A stretch of DNA of 64,000 nt from an uncultured Candidatus Saccharibacteria bacterium (GTDB taxonomy: Bacteria > Patescibacteriota > Minisyncoccia > Phycocordibacterales > CSBR16-119), in the NCBI GenBank assembly GCA_964557535.1, contig CAZLAD010000002.1, forward strand, positions 85,560 to 149,559. Direction: 5' to 3'. Positions within the stretch are counted from its first letter, which is position 1. Each line of letters begins with the position of its first letter. The notes under the pieces were generated by a model, which was given only the letters and a program-made list of their open reading frames with translations, was not told where the DNA came from and did not search any database. The translations under genes and the position numbers were made by a program. This document shows, in pieces, positions 28,891 through 37,697 of the stretch.

Positions 28891-28922
28891 GCAAAAGACT
28901 CCTTCGGGGGTCTTTTGCTTTT
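28891..28922 (+). terminator. rho-independent terminator GCAAAAGACUCCUUCGGGGGUCUUUUGCUUUU
   Basis: Hairpin plus U-tract after tmRNA. Confidence 0.8.
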
Positions 28923-28962
28923 GGTGGTAAAATATAATTATTAGAAGCTTAAGAAATTTCTT

Positions 28963-29391
28963 ATGATCGAAATAAATTGGTTAGCAATTGTTGTGTGTGG
29001 AGTCGTGGCGATGATTATCGGCATGATTTGGCACAGTAAAGTTTTGTTTGGCCCTACATACATGAAAGCTATCGGCGCCGACCCAAATATGTCAAAGGAG
29101 AAAATGGCCGAGATTCAGAAAAAGATGTGGCAGCTCTATATCGCACAATTTGTTTTGGTGTTACTACAGGTCAGGGTTTTGTGGTATTACATCGCCGGAG
29201 CAATCCAAGTAATGTCTCCGATTTCAAATGCCTTCTGGATTTGGCTTGGATTCGTCCTACCAACACTTGCTGGACAATGGATGTGGAGCGCTCGTCCACG
29301 TAAATGGGCCTGGAAAGGATTTTTGATTTCCGCTGGATACAATCTCGTCCTCTTCATCGTCTTTGCGCTCATACTTGGAGCTTGGATGTAA
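28963..29391 (+). CDS. small integral membrane protein (DUF-type, 4 TM)
   Basis: Hydrophobic throughout, Trp-rich. Followed by a terminator. Confidence 0.6.
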   Translation: MIEINWLAIVVCGVVAMIIGMIWHSKVLFGPTYMKAIGADPNMSKEKMAEIQKKMWQLYIAQFVLVLLQVRVLWYYIAGAIQVMSPISNAFWIWLGFVLPTLAGQWMWSARPRKWAWKGFLISAGYNLVLFIVFALILGAWM

Positions 29392-29407
29392 TCTAAAATT
29401 TAGAAAA

Positions 29408-29440
29408 GAAAAGCCCCGACATGTCGGGGCTTTTCTTTTA
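29408..29440. terminator. bidirectional terminator AAAGCCCCGACAUGUCGGGGCUUUUCUUUU
   Basis: Between convergent genes. Confidence 0.85.
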
Positions 29441-30157
29441 ATCCAACGTATATTCCCCCACCCTTGTCCTCTTTATCGAATATGCGATCCCGCCCATTTC
29501 ATTTGCAATACTTCGAACATAAGTTCCCGAGGAACAATTTATTTTAAATTTTGCGATTTGGAATTTCTCTGGAGCATTTTCTAAAATGTTTTTCCAAGCA
29601 CTTTTGATTTCTTCTTGACGGAAATCACCATGAACGAGATTGATTCGGTGCTGAATTTCCATCAAAACATCTTTCGCGGAAATGAAGTGCTCCTCCAATT
29701 TATCTAAACTAAAAATCTCAATTTCTTTTGTCGGCGCCTCAAAATCAACTCCATCTCGCGCCATTTGAAAAAGTGGTTTTCCGTCTACCGTCTTTGACGA
29801 ATACGCCGGATATTTTTGTGTATGTTTTCCAACAAAACTATCCTCGCTACCCATTACCATTTTCTCGCGGTCGCGAATGTTTGGTAATCTTGGGATTCCG
29901 AGGATGTCGTATGTGTCGGTTTGAACTCCGAACAAAACTTCGAAAATGTATTCTTTATCGAGACCCAAATACTCATCTTTCTTCTTGCATTCCTCGCCCG
30001 TGAGCACTATCAAAAGCCCCTCAGCCATTGGGTCCAGCCGTCCAGCATAAGTCATGGGAACACCATTGTATTCTGAATTCTCTGCGCGAAATCTCTCCAG
30101 ACACTCAAGCGGCGTTTCGCCAAGATTTTTGTAGAGTTTTAAAACAATCTTATTCAT
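29438..30157 (-). CDS. truB: tRNA pseudouridine(55) synthase TruB
   Basis: GRLDPMAEGLLIVLTGE catalytic Asp motif. 239 aa. Confidence 0.88.
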   Translation of the reverse strand: MNKIVLKLYKNLGETPLECLERFRAENSEYNGVPMTYAGRLDPMAEGLLIVLTGEECKKKDEYLGLDKEYIFEVLFGVQTDTYDILGIPRLPNIRDREKMVMGSEDSFVGKHTQKYPAYSSKTVDGKPLFQMARDGVDFEAPTKEIEIFSLDKLEEHFISAKDVLMEIQHRINLVHGDFRQEEIKSAWKNILENAPEKFQIAKFKINCSSGTYVRSIANEMGGIAYSIKRTRVGEYTLD

Positions 30158-31023
30158 TTGATAATAGTTATTAGGACTATTCCTAGGGTAAAAAGAATTA
30201 ACGACAAAATCTTTCGTTTTGTTAACTTCTCTTTCAAAACGAACACGCCCGACAATACGGCAAACAAGAATCCGGTTGATTGTACAGCCAAGACATAGGA
30301 CGTTGGACCACTAGAGAAAGCAAACATCGTCGATACATAACTAAGTGCCATAAAAATTCCAAATAAAGTCAGTGGCCAGAATTTTGGTTTTATTTTTTGT
30401 AAGTCATCTTTCTTTTTATAAATAAAAATAAGTATTAAGAAAATTATAGAAGCCCCCAAAGTATTCACGAAACTATAGAAGACAGGCGTTGACACAGTTA
30501 ACGAAACTTTGTCCAGAGTTGATCCGATAGCCATACAAAACATAGCAATAATCATATAGACGACCGCCCTATTATATTTTTTACCGCTATCGCCCGAGAC
30601 ATTTTCTGAAAGTAAAAGATATGTAGCGTACACAATAACAAAAATACCAATAATTCCAACAAGGCTCGGCACCTCTTTAAGTAAAATAAAAGATGTCCCA
30701 ATATTAAAAACCGGAAGTATAGCTTTTATTGGAGTAACTTGGACGATTTCACCCTCTCGTATGGCTTTATATAAAAAGTGTGTTTGTACTGGATATAAAA
30801 CAAACCAGATAATCAAAAGTGGCCACCAGAAACGCCAAGGCAAGTGCCAAATATCGTTAGGTATTGGTAAAAACAAAAACAGCAACAACATGGGTAGTAG
30901 ACAAAAAGTTTGCATGACAAAACCCATACCGAAATTGCTGAAAGAACCCGTAAGACTTTTTTCATACGTTCTCCGAGCACCAGAAGTAATAGCACTAAAT
31001 AAAGCAAAAGGGAGCCATGGCAT
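30154..31023 (-). CDS. EamA/DMT-family membrane transporter
   Basis: About 10 TM helices in two repeated halves. Overlaps the truB start by 4 nt. Confidence 0.6.
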   Translation of the reverse strand: MPWLPFALFSAITSGARRTYEKSLTGSFSNFGMGFVMQTFCLLPMLLLFLFLPIPNDIWHLPWRFWWPLLIIWFVLYPVQTHFLYKAIREGEIVQVTPIKAILPVFNIGTSFILLKEVPSLVGIIGIFVIVYATYLLLSENVSGDSGKKYNRAVVYMIIAMFCMAIGSTLDKVSLTVSTPVFYSFVNTLGASIIFLILIFIYKKKDDLQKIKPKFWPLTLFGIFMALSYVSTMFAFSSGPTSYVLAVQSTGFLFAVLSGVFVLKEKLTKRKILSLILFTLGIVLITIIK

Positions 31024-31049
31024 AAAAGTATTCTAACATAGCCATAGGC

Positions 31050-31077
31050 TTGGCTTTTTCCAAAAATCGGGTAGAAT
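31050..31077 (+). promoter_or_regulatory. sigma70-like promoter TTGGCT-N16-TAGAAT, 7 nt before the efp ATG (leaderless-type)
   Basis: -35 at 31050-31055, -10 at 31072-31077, ATG at 31085. Confidence 0.5.
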
Positions 31078-31084
31078 ACGGAAC

Positions 31085-31678
31085 ATGTTATCTTATAGTG
31101 AAGTTCGAAAGAACAAAGTAATTATGTACGAAGGCGAGCCTTGGCTTGTCGTTGACGCGCACGTTTTTAGAAAGCAACAACGAAAACCAGTAAACGCCAC
31201 CAAACTCAAGAACCTCATTTCTGGGCGTATGGTCGAGACGACTTTTCACGTCTCGGACAAAGTCGAAGAAGCCGACATGGGTAAACGCACAATCAAATTC
31301 CTCTTCCAGAAAAAAGATGAGCTATGTTTCGTCGATCCGAAAAACCCAGCCGATCGCATGTTTCTCTCTGGCGAACTTCTCGGTGACCAAATAAAATTTT
31401 TAAAAGAAAATACCGAAGCAACCGCCAGCATCTTCACCAACGATGACGACGAGGAACAAATTATCGCTATCGAGCTCCCGGTCAAGATGGCTTTCGAAGT
31501 CAAAGATGCGCCACCATCGATCAAGGGCGACACCGCAACCGGCGGCAACAAAGTTGTGACTTTGGAAAACGGTGCGAAGCTCGACGTTCCCCTATTCGTG
31601 GAAGCTGGAGATAAAATCATCGTAAACACTGAAACTGGAGAATATGTCGAAAGGTACAAGGAAAGTTTTGATGCGTAG
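31085..31678 (+). CDS. efp: elongation factor P
   Basis: 197 aa, three-domain EF-P, N-terminal KOW-like region. Confidence 0.9.
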   Translation: MLSYSEVRKNKVIMYEGEPWLVVDAHVFRKQQRKPVNATKLKNLISGRMVETTFHVSDKVEEADMGKRTIKFLFQKKDELCFVDPKNPADRMFLSGELLGDQIKFLKENTEATASIFTNDDDEEQIIAIELPVKMAFEVKDAPPSIKGDTATGGNKVVTLENGAKLDVPLFVEAGDKIIVNTETGEYVERYKESFDA

Positions 31679-31735
31679 TGTGAAGTGAGTCGGAAGTAGC
31701 AAGTCGTAAGTCGCAAAGAAAATACAAAGAGCGAA

Positions 31736-31764
31736 GGGCCGAAAGACTTACAGTCCCTCGGCCC
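31736..31764 (+). terminator. hairpin GGGCCGA-AAGACUUACAGUCCC-UCGGCCC after efp
   Basis: 7-bp GC stem followed by a U-rich stretch. Confidence 0.5.
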
Positions 31765-31788
31765 TTGGTGTTTCGGTCTAAGCCGAAC

Positions 31789-31998
31789 TCAGAAATACAT
31801 GACAACGTACTTTCCGTCTGATCCCCTCTCGACGTGGAAGATGACGTTTTCTGGTCCGAGATAAGTGGCCTTATCTGGTCCTTTACGTCTAAGGAGATCG
31901 AGTCTGACCCTTCGCCCTTCGGAGAATGGTGTTGGCTCTGTTATCACGTTGTCAAAAGAACGATCCTGTCCTGCTTGAGTCCCGGTGGTGGTTGGCAT
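31789..31998 (-). CDS. small GC-rich orphan ORF (about 69 aa, MPTTTGTQAGQDRSF...GKYVVMYF)
   Basis: GC about 55% with atypical codons. Its own promoter-like TTCGCA...TATATT lies upstream. Downstream of the purA terminator. The track ORF is longer (to 32256) and overlaps purA. Confidence 0.35.
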   Translation of the reverse strand: MPTTTGTQAGQDRSFDNVITEPTPFSEGRRVRLDLLRRKGPDKATYLGPENVIFHVERGSDGKYVVMYF

Positions 31999-32049
31999 GG
32001 GATGTAAAATGTTCGTTGGTTGATAATATAACACGAAATCCCAAAATGC

Positions 32050-32078
32050 GAAAGCCCCGCGAGAATACGCGGGGCTTC
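32050..32078 (-). terminator. terminator AAAGCCCCGCGAGAAUACGCGGGGCUUCG
   Basis: Hairpin 20 nt after the purA stop. Confidence 0.7.
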
Positions 32079-32098
32079 GCCTTGTGGGCGTAAAAGAA

Positions 32099-33453
32099 CT
32101 AAGTGCTTTCCTCAGAGACTTCCGAATCAGACTTCTGGTTGATGCCAAGCCCAAGGAAAGATTCAGCTCCGAGAGCTTTGTGAGCACCGACTTGATCACG
32201 ATGAACCGTTTCCTTACGATCGGGGCCCATGGAGATCGTGTTGATGGGAACTCCAACCGCTTCTTCGATCAGGTTGACGTACACTTGAAACTGACTCGGC
32301 AGGCCACGATCGGCTTGCAAGCCATTCCATCCCGGCAACACCGTGTATTCGGGCTCAACGCCAATAGTGATGTCGTAAGGCATGCAGTCCGTCAACTTCC
32401 CGTTGATACGGTAGTGCGTACAGACCTTCACGAAATCGAAACCGTTCAGAACGTCGGCTTTCGTCATCGCAAGCTCGGTGATACCGTTCACCATCACTGC
32501 ATAACGCAGTGCTGGGAGATCAAGCCATCCACAACGACGCGGGCGTCTCGTGGTACTACCGAACTCGTCTCCAGCCTTGCGGATGGCTTCACCGATTTCG
32601 TTATCAAGCTCGGTCGGAAACGGACCACTGCCAACCCTAGTACAGTACGCCTTGAAGATCCCAGTGATATTCCCGATCCTGTTTGGAGCAACACCAAGTC
32701 CAGTACAAGCTCCTGCAGAGATCGTGTTACTACTCGTCACGAACGGGTATGTACCGAAATCAATGTCGAGCAATGTACCTTGAGCCCCTTCGGCCAAGAC
32801 ACGTTTACCTGCACGTAAAGCATCGTTCAAGTAATGCTCGCAATCGACCATCTTGAATTCACGCAACTGCTCCACCGCATCCAGCCACTCCTGTTCGGCT
32901 TCGGTTTTCATACCGGGCCGATCATAAAGAGAGAGTAGTCTTTCGTGCTTTAGTACAAGCGTTGCGTAGCGATCCCTGAAAGCTGGCAATGAAAGGTCCC
33001 CGAGACGCAGACCGTTACGTCCGGTCTTGTCCATATAGGTTGGACCAATGCCCTTTAGGGTACTACCGATTTTCTCGAGTCCCTTTTCGGCTTCGCTTGC
33101 GGCATCAAGTGCACGATGCGTTGGTAGGATGAGGTGTGCGCGACGCGAAAGCAGTAATGCCTTGCGCACATCTACGCCGTCAGCTTCCAGGGCCTTCGCC
33201 TCCTTCAGGAAGATCACCGGGTCCACCACCACACCATTCCCCACCAAGTTCACAGTGCCCTCGCGGAACACACCGCTTGGGATGGTATGCAGGACATGCT
33301 TGTGCCCTTCGAAGAGCAGTGTGTGACCGGCATTCGGTCCACCTTGGAAACGAGCAACAATGTCGTAATCCGGCGCAATCACATCAGTGACTTTTCCTTT
33401 GCCCTCGTCGCCCCACTGGGCGCCAAGGAGAACATCCATTCTAGTGTGTCCCA
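32099..33453 (-). CDS. purA: adenylosuccinate synthetase (GC-rich, probably horizontally acquired)
   Basis: P-loop GAQWGDEGKGK, GTP and IMP-binding motifs. GC about 55% against about 40% genome-wide. Start taken at MGHTRMDVLLG. Confidence 0.9.
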
Positions 33454-33567
33454 TTTGTGGGGGTTTTGGTTTTTGTTTCAATTTTTAAAGCCCAGGGAAT
33501 CCCTAGGCTTTGCAATCCTCGACAAATTTATATGAAATTACATCTCGTGTCAATTCAAATCTCAAAA

Positions 33568-33600
33568 GAAAAGAGCCCCGAGAATACGGGGCTCTTTTCT
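33568..33600. terminator. bidirectional terminator AAAGAGCCCCGAGAAUACGGGGCUCUUUUCU
   Basis: After the secY stop. Confidence 0.85.
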
Positions 33601-33627
33601 CATTTCCAATTTCTAACCTCTAACTTT

Positions 33628-34896
33628 TTAGTATTGTCTCATTGAAACCTGTCCTTCGACTTTCTTCAAAATATCCAGGATGACCGACACGACGATTAGC
33701 ACTGCCGTACCTCCGATGGCCAAAGTCGAAAGCCCTGTCACTTGTTGCATAATTATCGGAAGCACAGCCACAAGACCAAGGAAAATCGCACCCAAAAAAG
33801 TGATTCGAGAAACAATCTTACCAATATACTCACTCGTCGAAACTCCTGGACGAATACCTGGAATAAACGCACCATTTTTCTGTAAATTTGTAGCAACAGA
33901 ATCCGGATCAAAAGTTACTGCTGTGTAGAAATATGTAAACAAAAACACCAGAACAAAGTACGCCAGAGCATAAATCCAAGTAGATTGCATAAACCAAGTC
34001 ATGGCTTTTGAAACAGCCAACAAGAACGCATGTGACGAATTAGCGAAAAAGTTAGCAATAAGTTGTGGAAACAAAAGTAACGATAGCGCAAAGATGACTG
34101 GCATAACTCCGGCCTGGTTGATACGTAGTGGTAGGTATGATGATCTAGCTGCCGCAGTTCCTCCGGCTCTAGCCTGATTTGCGTATGTTATTGGAAGCAA
34201 TCTTTCAGCTTCGGTGATGATAATAATTCCCGCAATAAGAATTAAAGCGACGACGACGAATCCGATATAAGTTAGAAGTTGTGCCTTGTCAAAAGTAAAT
34301 ATAAGCTGACTAATTTGTCCTGGGAGCGCTGCCACAATACCCGCAAAGATAATAACGGATACACCATTTCCAATACCTCGTTCTGAGATAAGCTCACCCA
34401 ACCAAACCAAAAACATAGATCCGGCCATAACAACAATCATTGCGAGAGCTTTCTCGTAAGCGGTCAAAGCTTCCAGAACGCCATTTTGAAAAAGAATAGT
34501 TAGAAGCGCGTATCCTTGGATAAGAGAAAGTGGGACTGTCAGATATCTAGAATATTTGGCAAATTGTGTTCGTCCCATCTCGCCCTCTTCATGATACATT
34601 GACTTAAGTCTAGGAGACATAAGAGTCAAGAGTTGCATGATAATTGATGCAGTAATATAAGGACCGACTCCCATCATTACAATAGACAAGGCTGACAATC
34701 CACCACCAGAGAAAATATTTAAAACACCCAGAAGCTGGTTACTCTCGAGGAATCCTTGTAGACGAAAAGCATCAACACCTGGTATCGGAATAGTCGAAAG
34801 CAATCTAAATATTGCCAATATTAACAAAACAAAAATTATTTTCTTGCGAAGATACTTGTCCGTGAAAACTAATTTTATTTTTTGCCAAAGTGTCAT
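33628..34896 (-). CDS. secY: preprotein translocase subunit SecY
   Basis: 10 TM helices, typical SecY. 422 aa. Confidence 0.95.
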   Translation of the reverse strand: MTLWQKIKLVFTDKYLRKKIIFVLLILAIFRLLSTIPIPGVDAFRLQGFLESNQLLGVLNIFSGGGLSALSIVMMGVGPYITASIIMQLLTLMSPRLKSMYHEEGEMGRTQFAKYSRYLTVPLSLIQGYALLTILFQNGVLEALTAYEKALAMIVVMAGSMFLVWLGELISERGIGNGVSVIIFAGIVAALPGQISQLIFTFDKAQLLTYIGFVVVALILIAGIIIITEAERLLPITYANQARAGGTAAARSSYLPLRINQAGVMPVIFALSLLLFPQLIANFFANSSHAFLLAVSKAMTWFMQSTWIYALAYFVLVFLFTYFYTAVTFDPDSVATNLQKNGAFIPGIRPGVSTSEYIGKIVSRITFLGAIFLGLVAVLPIIMQQVTGLSTLAIGGTAVLIVVSVILDILKKVEGQVSMRQY

Positions 34897-34897
34897 T

Positions 34898-34959
34898 CCA
34901 TTAGTAAATTAAATTTGTAATTTTTTTATCAACTTATCTTCCGCTGATTTACTAACGGG
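34898..34959 (-). promoter_or_regulatory. variant leader helix upstream of secY (CCCGUUAGUAAA ... UUUACUAAUGG-A-AUG)
   Basis: Same architecture as the pilN and receiver leaders, with compensatory changes on both strands. Confidence 0.55.
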
Positions 34960-34969
34960 ACAAGTCATT

Positions 34970-35419
34970 TTACTTTACTGAACCGCCAGCTTTTTCAATT
35001 GCTGTTTTTGCTGTTCCGGAAATTTCTAAACCTAGAATTTTGAATTTCTTTTTGACTTCTCCTCTTGCGAGAATTTTTACGTTAGGATTCTTGCCGCGAA
35101 CTTTTTTGACCAGACTCTTTTCCAGAAGCGCACTCAAATTTATCGTATCTCCATCTTTGAAATTTTCTTCTAGAACGTCAATGTTTACGACTGTTGGTCG
35201 AATTTTTGATCCATCGACACTTGCTGATCTATTTTTACCGTGTCCGCGAAGTTTTGGAAATTTCTTGATGGTGTCACGAAGCTCAGGACGAACTCCATGA
35301 GAACCGTGTGCCCACTGACCTTTTGTTCCGCGTCCAGAAGTCTTGCCACGCTTGCCTCCTCGGCCGATAAGCTTGGTTTTCTTGTTCTTGGTTTTTCTTA
35401 CTAAATTATTTGTTTGCAT
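34970..35419 (-). CDS. rplO: 50S ribosomal protein L15
   Basis: Gly/Lys/Arg-rich N-terminus (GRGGKRGKTSGRGTKGQ). Confidence 0.93.
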   Translation of the reverse strand: MQTNNLVRKTKNKKTKLIGRGGKRGKTSGRGTKGQWAHGSHGVRPELRDTIKKFPKLRGHGKNRSASVDGSKIRPTVVNIDVLEENFKDGDTINLSALLEKSLVKKVRGKNPNVKILARGEVKKKFKILGLEISGTAKTAIEKAGGSVK

Positions 35420-35429
35420 AAAAGTCTTA

Positions 35430-36053
35430 TTATTCTACCACTTCACCCTTGGCTTTTGGTAATTTTGCTGGTTTCAAAGTCTTTAGGGCGATGACGACGG
35501 CCTTGGCGTTATTCAAATGAGTCTTTGAGCGAGAAAAGATTTTACTGGTGACATTTTTCAAGCCACCCAAAATCATAATGTCACGAATTGCACCACCCAC
35601 AACCAGACCCTTGCCCGAGTTTGGCATAAGCATAACGCGAGACGCCTTGAATTTACCTTCGACTGCGTGACTTATGGACATGTCCTTGGTTGTCGCGATT
35701 TTAAACATGTGCTTTCGAGCAGAGGCAACGGCTTTGTTGATGGCAAGAGTTGTGTCAGAAGATTTACCAAGACCAAGACCAACTGAACCCTTTTTGTCTC
35801 CCACAAGCATTGCTACTGAAAAAGAGAATCGGCGACCACCAGAAACTACACGCGTAACGCGACGAATAGACAGGATTTTCTGATCAAATTCAGGCTTTTC
35901 TCGTCGTTCAGAAGTTTTGCGTCTATCACCACCTCGGCCATAAGAACGTCCAGAAGAAGATGTCGATCCCGAGCCTTTTTGGTATGACGAAGGAGACTTT
36001 GGAGCCACGGCTACGTCTGTCTTTACTTCTGTTGTTGTATTTGGAGTATCCAT
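35430..36053 (-). CDS. rpsE: 30S ribosomal protein S5 (with N-terminal low-complexity extension)
   Basis: RVTRVVSGGRRFSFSVAMLVGDKKGSVGLGLGKS core. Confidence 0.93.
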   Translation of the reverse strand: MDTPNTTTEVKTDVAVAPKSPSSYQKGSGSTSSSGRSYGRGGDRRKTSERREKPEFDQKILSIRRVTRVVSGGRRFSFSVAMLVGDKKGSVGLGLGKSSDTTLAINKAVASARKHMFKIATTKDMSISHAVEGKFKASRVMLMPNSGKGLVVGGAIRDIMILGGLKNVTSKIFSRSKTHLNNAKAVVIALKTLKPAKLPKAKGEVVE

Positions 36054-36062
36054 AAAAATTAT

Positions 36063-36413
36063 TTAAAAGTTTAAACCGCCTTCGCGCGCACTGTCGGCCA
36101 AAAGCTTAACTCGACCAGTATAATTAAATCCGTTTCGATCGAACACGACTGAATCGATTTTGGCAGATTTTGCGAGTCCAGCCAAAAGCTTTCCAACTTC
36201 GACAGCTCGATCTCTTTTGGTGCCTTTTTTGATCTTGATGTCAGAAGCAGAAACCAAAGTAGTTCCTTTCGTATCATCAATAATCTGCGCATAAATGTTT
36301 TTGTTGGAACGATAAACAGAAAGTCGTGGTCGCTCTGATGTACCAGAAATTTTCGTACGAATCTTGCGCTTGATTCTGGCTCGACTATTTGATTTTCCTT
36401 TTCTTGTTTGCAT
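36063..36413 (-). CDS. rplR: 50S ribosomal protein L18
   Basis: 116 aa, L18 family. Confidence 0.9.
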   Translation of the reverse strand: MQTRKGKSNSRARIKRKIRTKISGTSERPRLSVYRSNKNIYAQIIDDTKGTTLVSASDIKIKKGTKRDRAVEVGKLLAGLAKSAKIDSVVFDRNGFNYTGRVKLLADSAREGGLNF

Positions 36414-36428
36414 ATAAGTATTTCAAAA

Positions 36429-36965
36429 TTATACGGCCTTCTTACCTTGTTTTCGGCGGATAAACTCACCTTCGTATCGAATTCCCTTGCCTTTGTATGG
36501 TTCTGGTTTCTTCCAATCACGTAGCTTGGCAGCAAAAGCACCAACAGATTCTTTGTCTGAACCGGTAATAGTAACAATGTTTTTTTCTGCCGTAACCTTT
36601 AGATCTGCCGGAATAGGAACAATGACTGGATGAGAAAACCCGAGAGCCAACTTGATACTATCACCAGTGACTTCGGATTTGAATCCGACACCTTCGATAA
36701 TAAGCTTCTTTACGAAAGGTTCGTTTACGCCCTTGATCATATTTTTAACATGCGAAGCGTATGTTCCCCAAAGAGCTTTGGTTGGACCTTCAGCATTGGC
36801 TGGAGTGAAAGTTATCTCGTCGCCAGCAATATTAATAGCTACGATTTTCGTTTTAAAATCTTTTTTTAGCTCACCCTTTGCACCTTTTACTGTCAAAGTG
36901 ATACCCTCAAGAGCGACAGTGGTGCCGGTTGGGATTTTTATAATTTGTTTTCCTACTCGTGACAT
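36429..36965 (-). CDS. rplF: 50S ribosomal protein L6
   Basis: 178 aa, two-domain L6. Confidence 0.93.
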   Translation of the reverse strand: MSRVGKQIIKIPTGTTVALEGITLTVKGAKGELKKDFKTKIVAINIAGDEITFTPANAEGPTKALWGTYASHVKNMIKGVNEPFVKKLIIEGVGFKSEVTGDSIKLALGFSHPVIVPIPADLKVTAEKNIVTITGSDKESVGAFAAKLRDWKKPEPYKGKGIRYEGEFIRRKQGKKAV

Positions 36966-36994
36966 ATATGTTTATTTATAGTGAGTTTATCGAA

Positions 36995-37384
36995 CTACCA
37001 AATTCGGAATAACGCTTCCCCGCCGACCAATTCTTTGCGGGCATCGTCTGCAATCATCACACCTTTTGGCGTCGACAAAACCATCATGCCATACCCCTGG
37101 CGAACAGGCTTGATGTCTTTGGCTTTGATGTACACACGCTTTGAAGGTTTGGAAATTCGCTCGACATCAGTGATGCGAGGTGCTTTGTCTTTGACGATTA
37201 GTTCCATTTCTAGGAAAAATTTATTACCCTCGGTCGTCATCTTCGAAGCCTTGGCGATAAATTTGCCTTTAACCAAGCAATTGGCAATAGCGTGGCGAAG
37301 ATTTGAATAAGGAACAAGAACCGTTTTGTGTCCGGCGATTCCAGCGTTCTTGATCTTTATTAACATGTTGGCAATTTTGTCCAT
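36995..37384 (-). CDS. rpsH: 30S ribosomal protein S8
   Basis: 129 aa, S8. Confidence 0.93.
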   Translation of the reverse strand: MDKIANMLIKIKNAGIAGHKTVLVPYSNLRHAIANCLVKGKFIAKASKMTTEGNKFFLEMELIVKDKAPRITDVERISKPSKRVYIKAKDIKPVRQGYGMMVLSTPKGVMIADDARKELVGGEALFRIW

Positions 37385-37427
37385 ATATTTTATTTAGTAA
37401 GTCGGAAGTAGTAAGTCGTAAGTCGCT

Positions 37428-37697
37428 TTACCAAGATGACTTGCGAACACCTGGAACTTCACCTATAGAAGCTAATTCGCGGAATTTGATACGAGAAAGT
37501 CCAAAGTCTCGTAGATATCCTCGTGGACGACCAGTGATCCCGCAACGATTCTTTACGCGTGTTGGACTAGAATTTTTTGGAAGCTTCTGAAGACCTTCGT
37601 AGTCTCCGGAAGCCTTAAGAGCTGCTCTTTTAGCAGCGTATTTTGCAACCATTTTGATGCGCTTATTATTTCGCGCGATTACTGATTTTTTAGCCAT
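37428..37697 (-). CDS. rpsN: 30S ribosomal protein S14 (long form)
   Basis: 89 aa, C-terminus [33 protein letters not shown]. Confidence 0.93.
   Translation of the reverse strand: MAKKSVIARNNKRIKMVAKYAAKRAALKASGDYEGLQKLPKNSSPTRVKNRCGITGRPRGYLRDFGLSRIKFRELASIGEVPGVRKSSW

Noticed and set aside
32084-33535. Multiple overlapping plus-strand ORFs antisense to purA (32084-32818, 33048-33326, 33136-33390 and others)
   Set aside because: These are artefacts of the high GC of purA, where stop codons are depleted. The purA frame has all the catalytic motifs.
36071-36981. Minus and plus-strand ORFs overlapping rplR and rplF (36071-36577, 36630-36869, 36652-36981)
   Set aside because: These are alternative frames of highly conserved ribosomal-protein genes.
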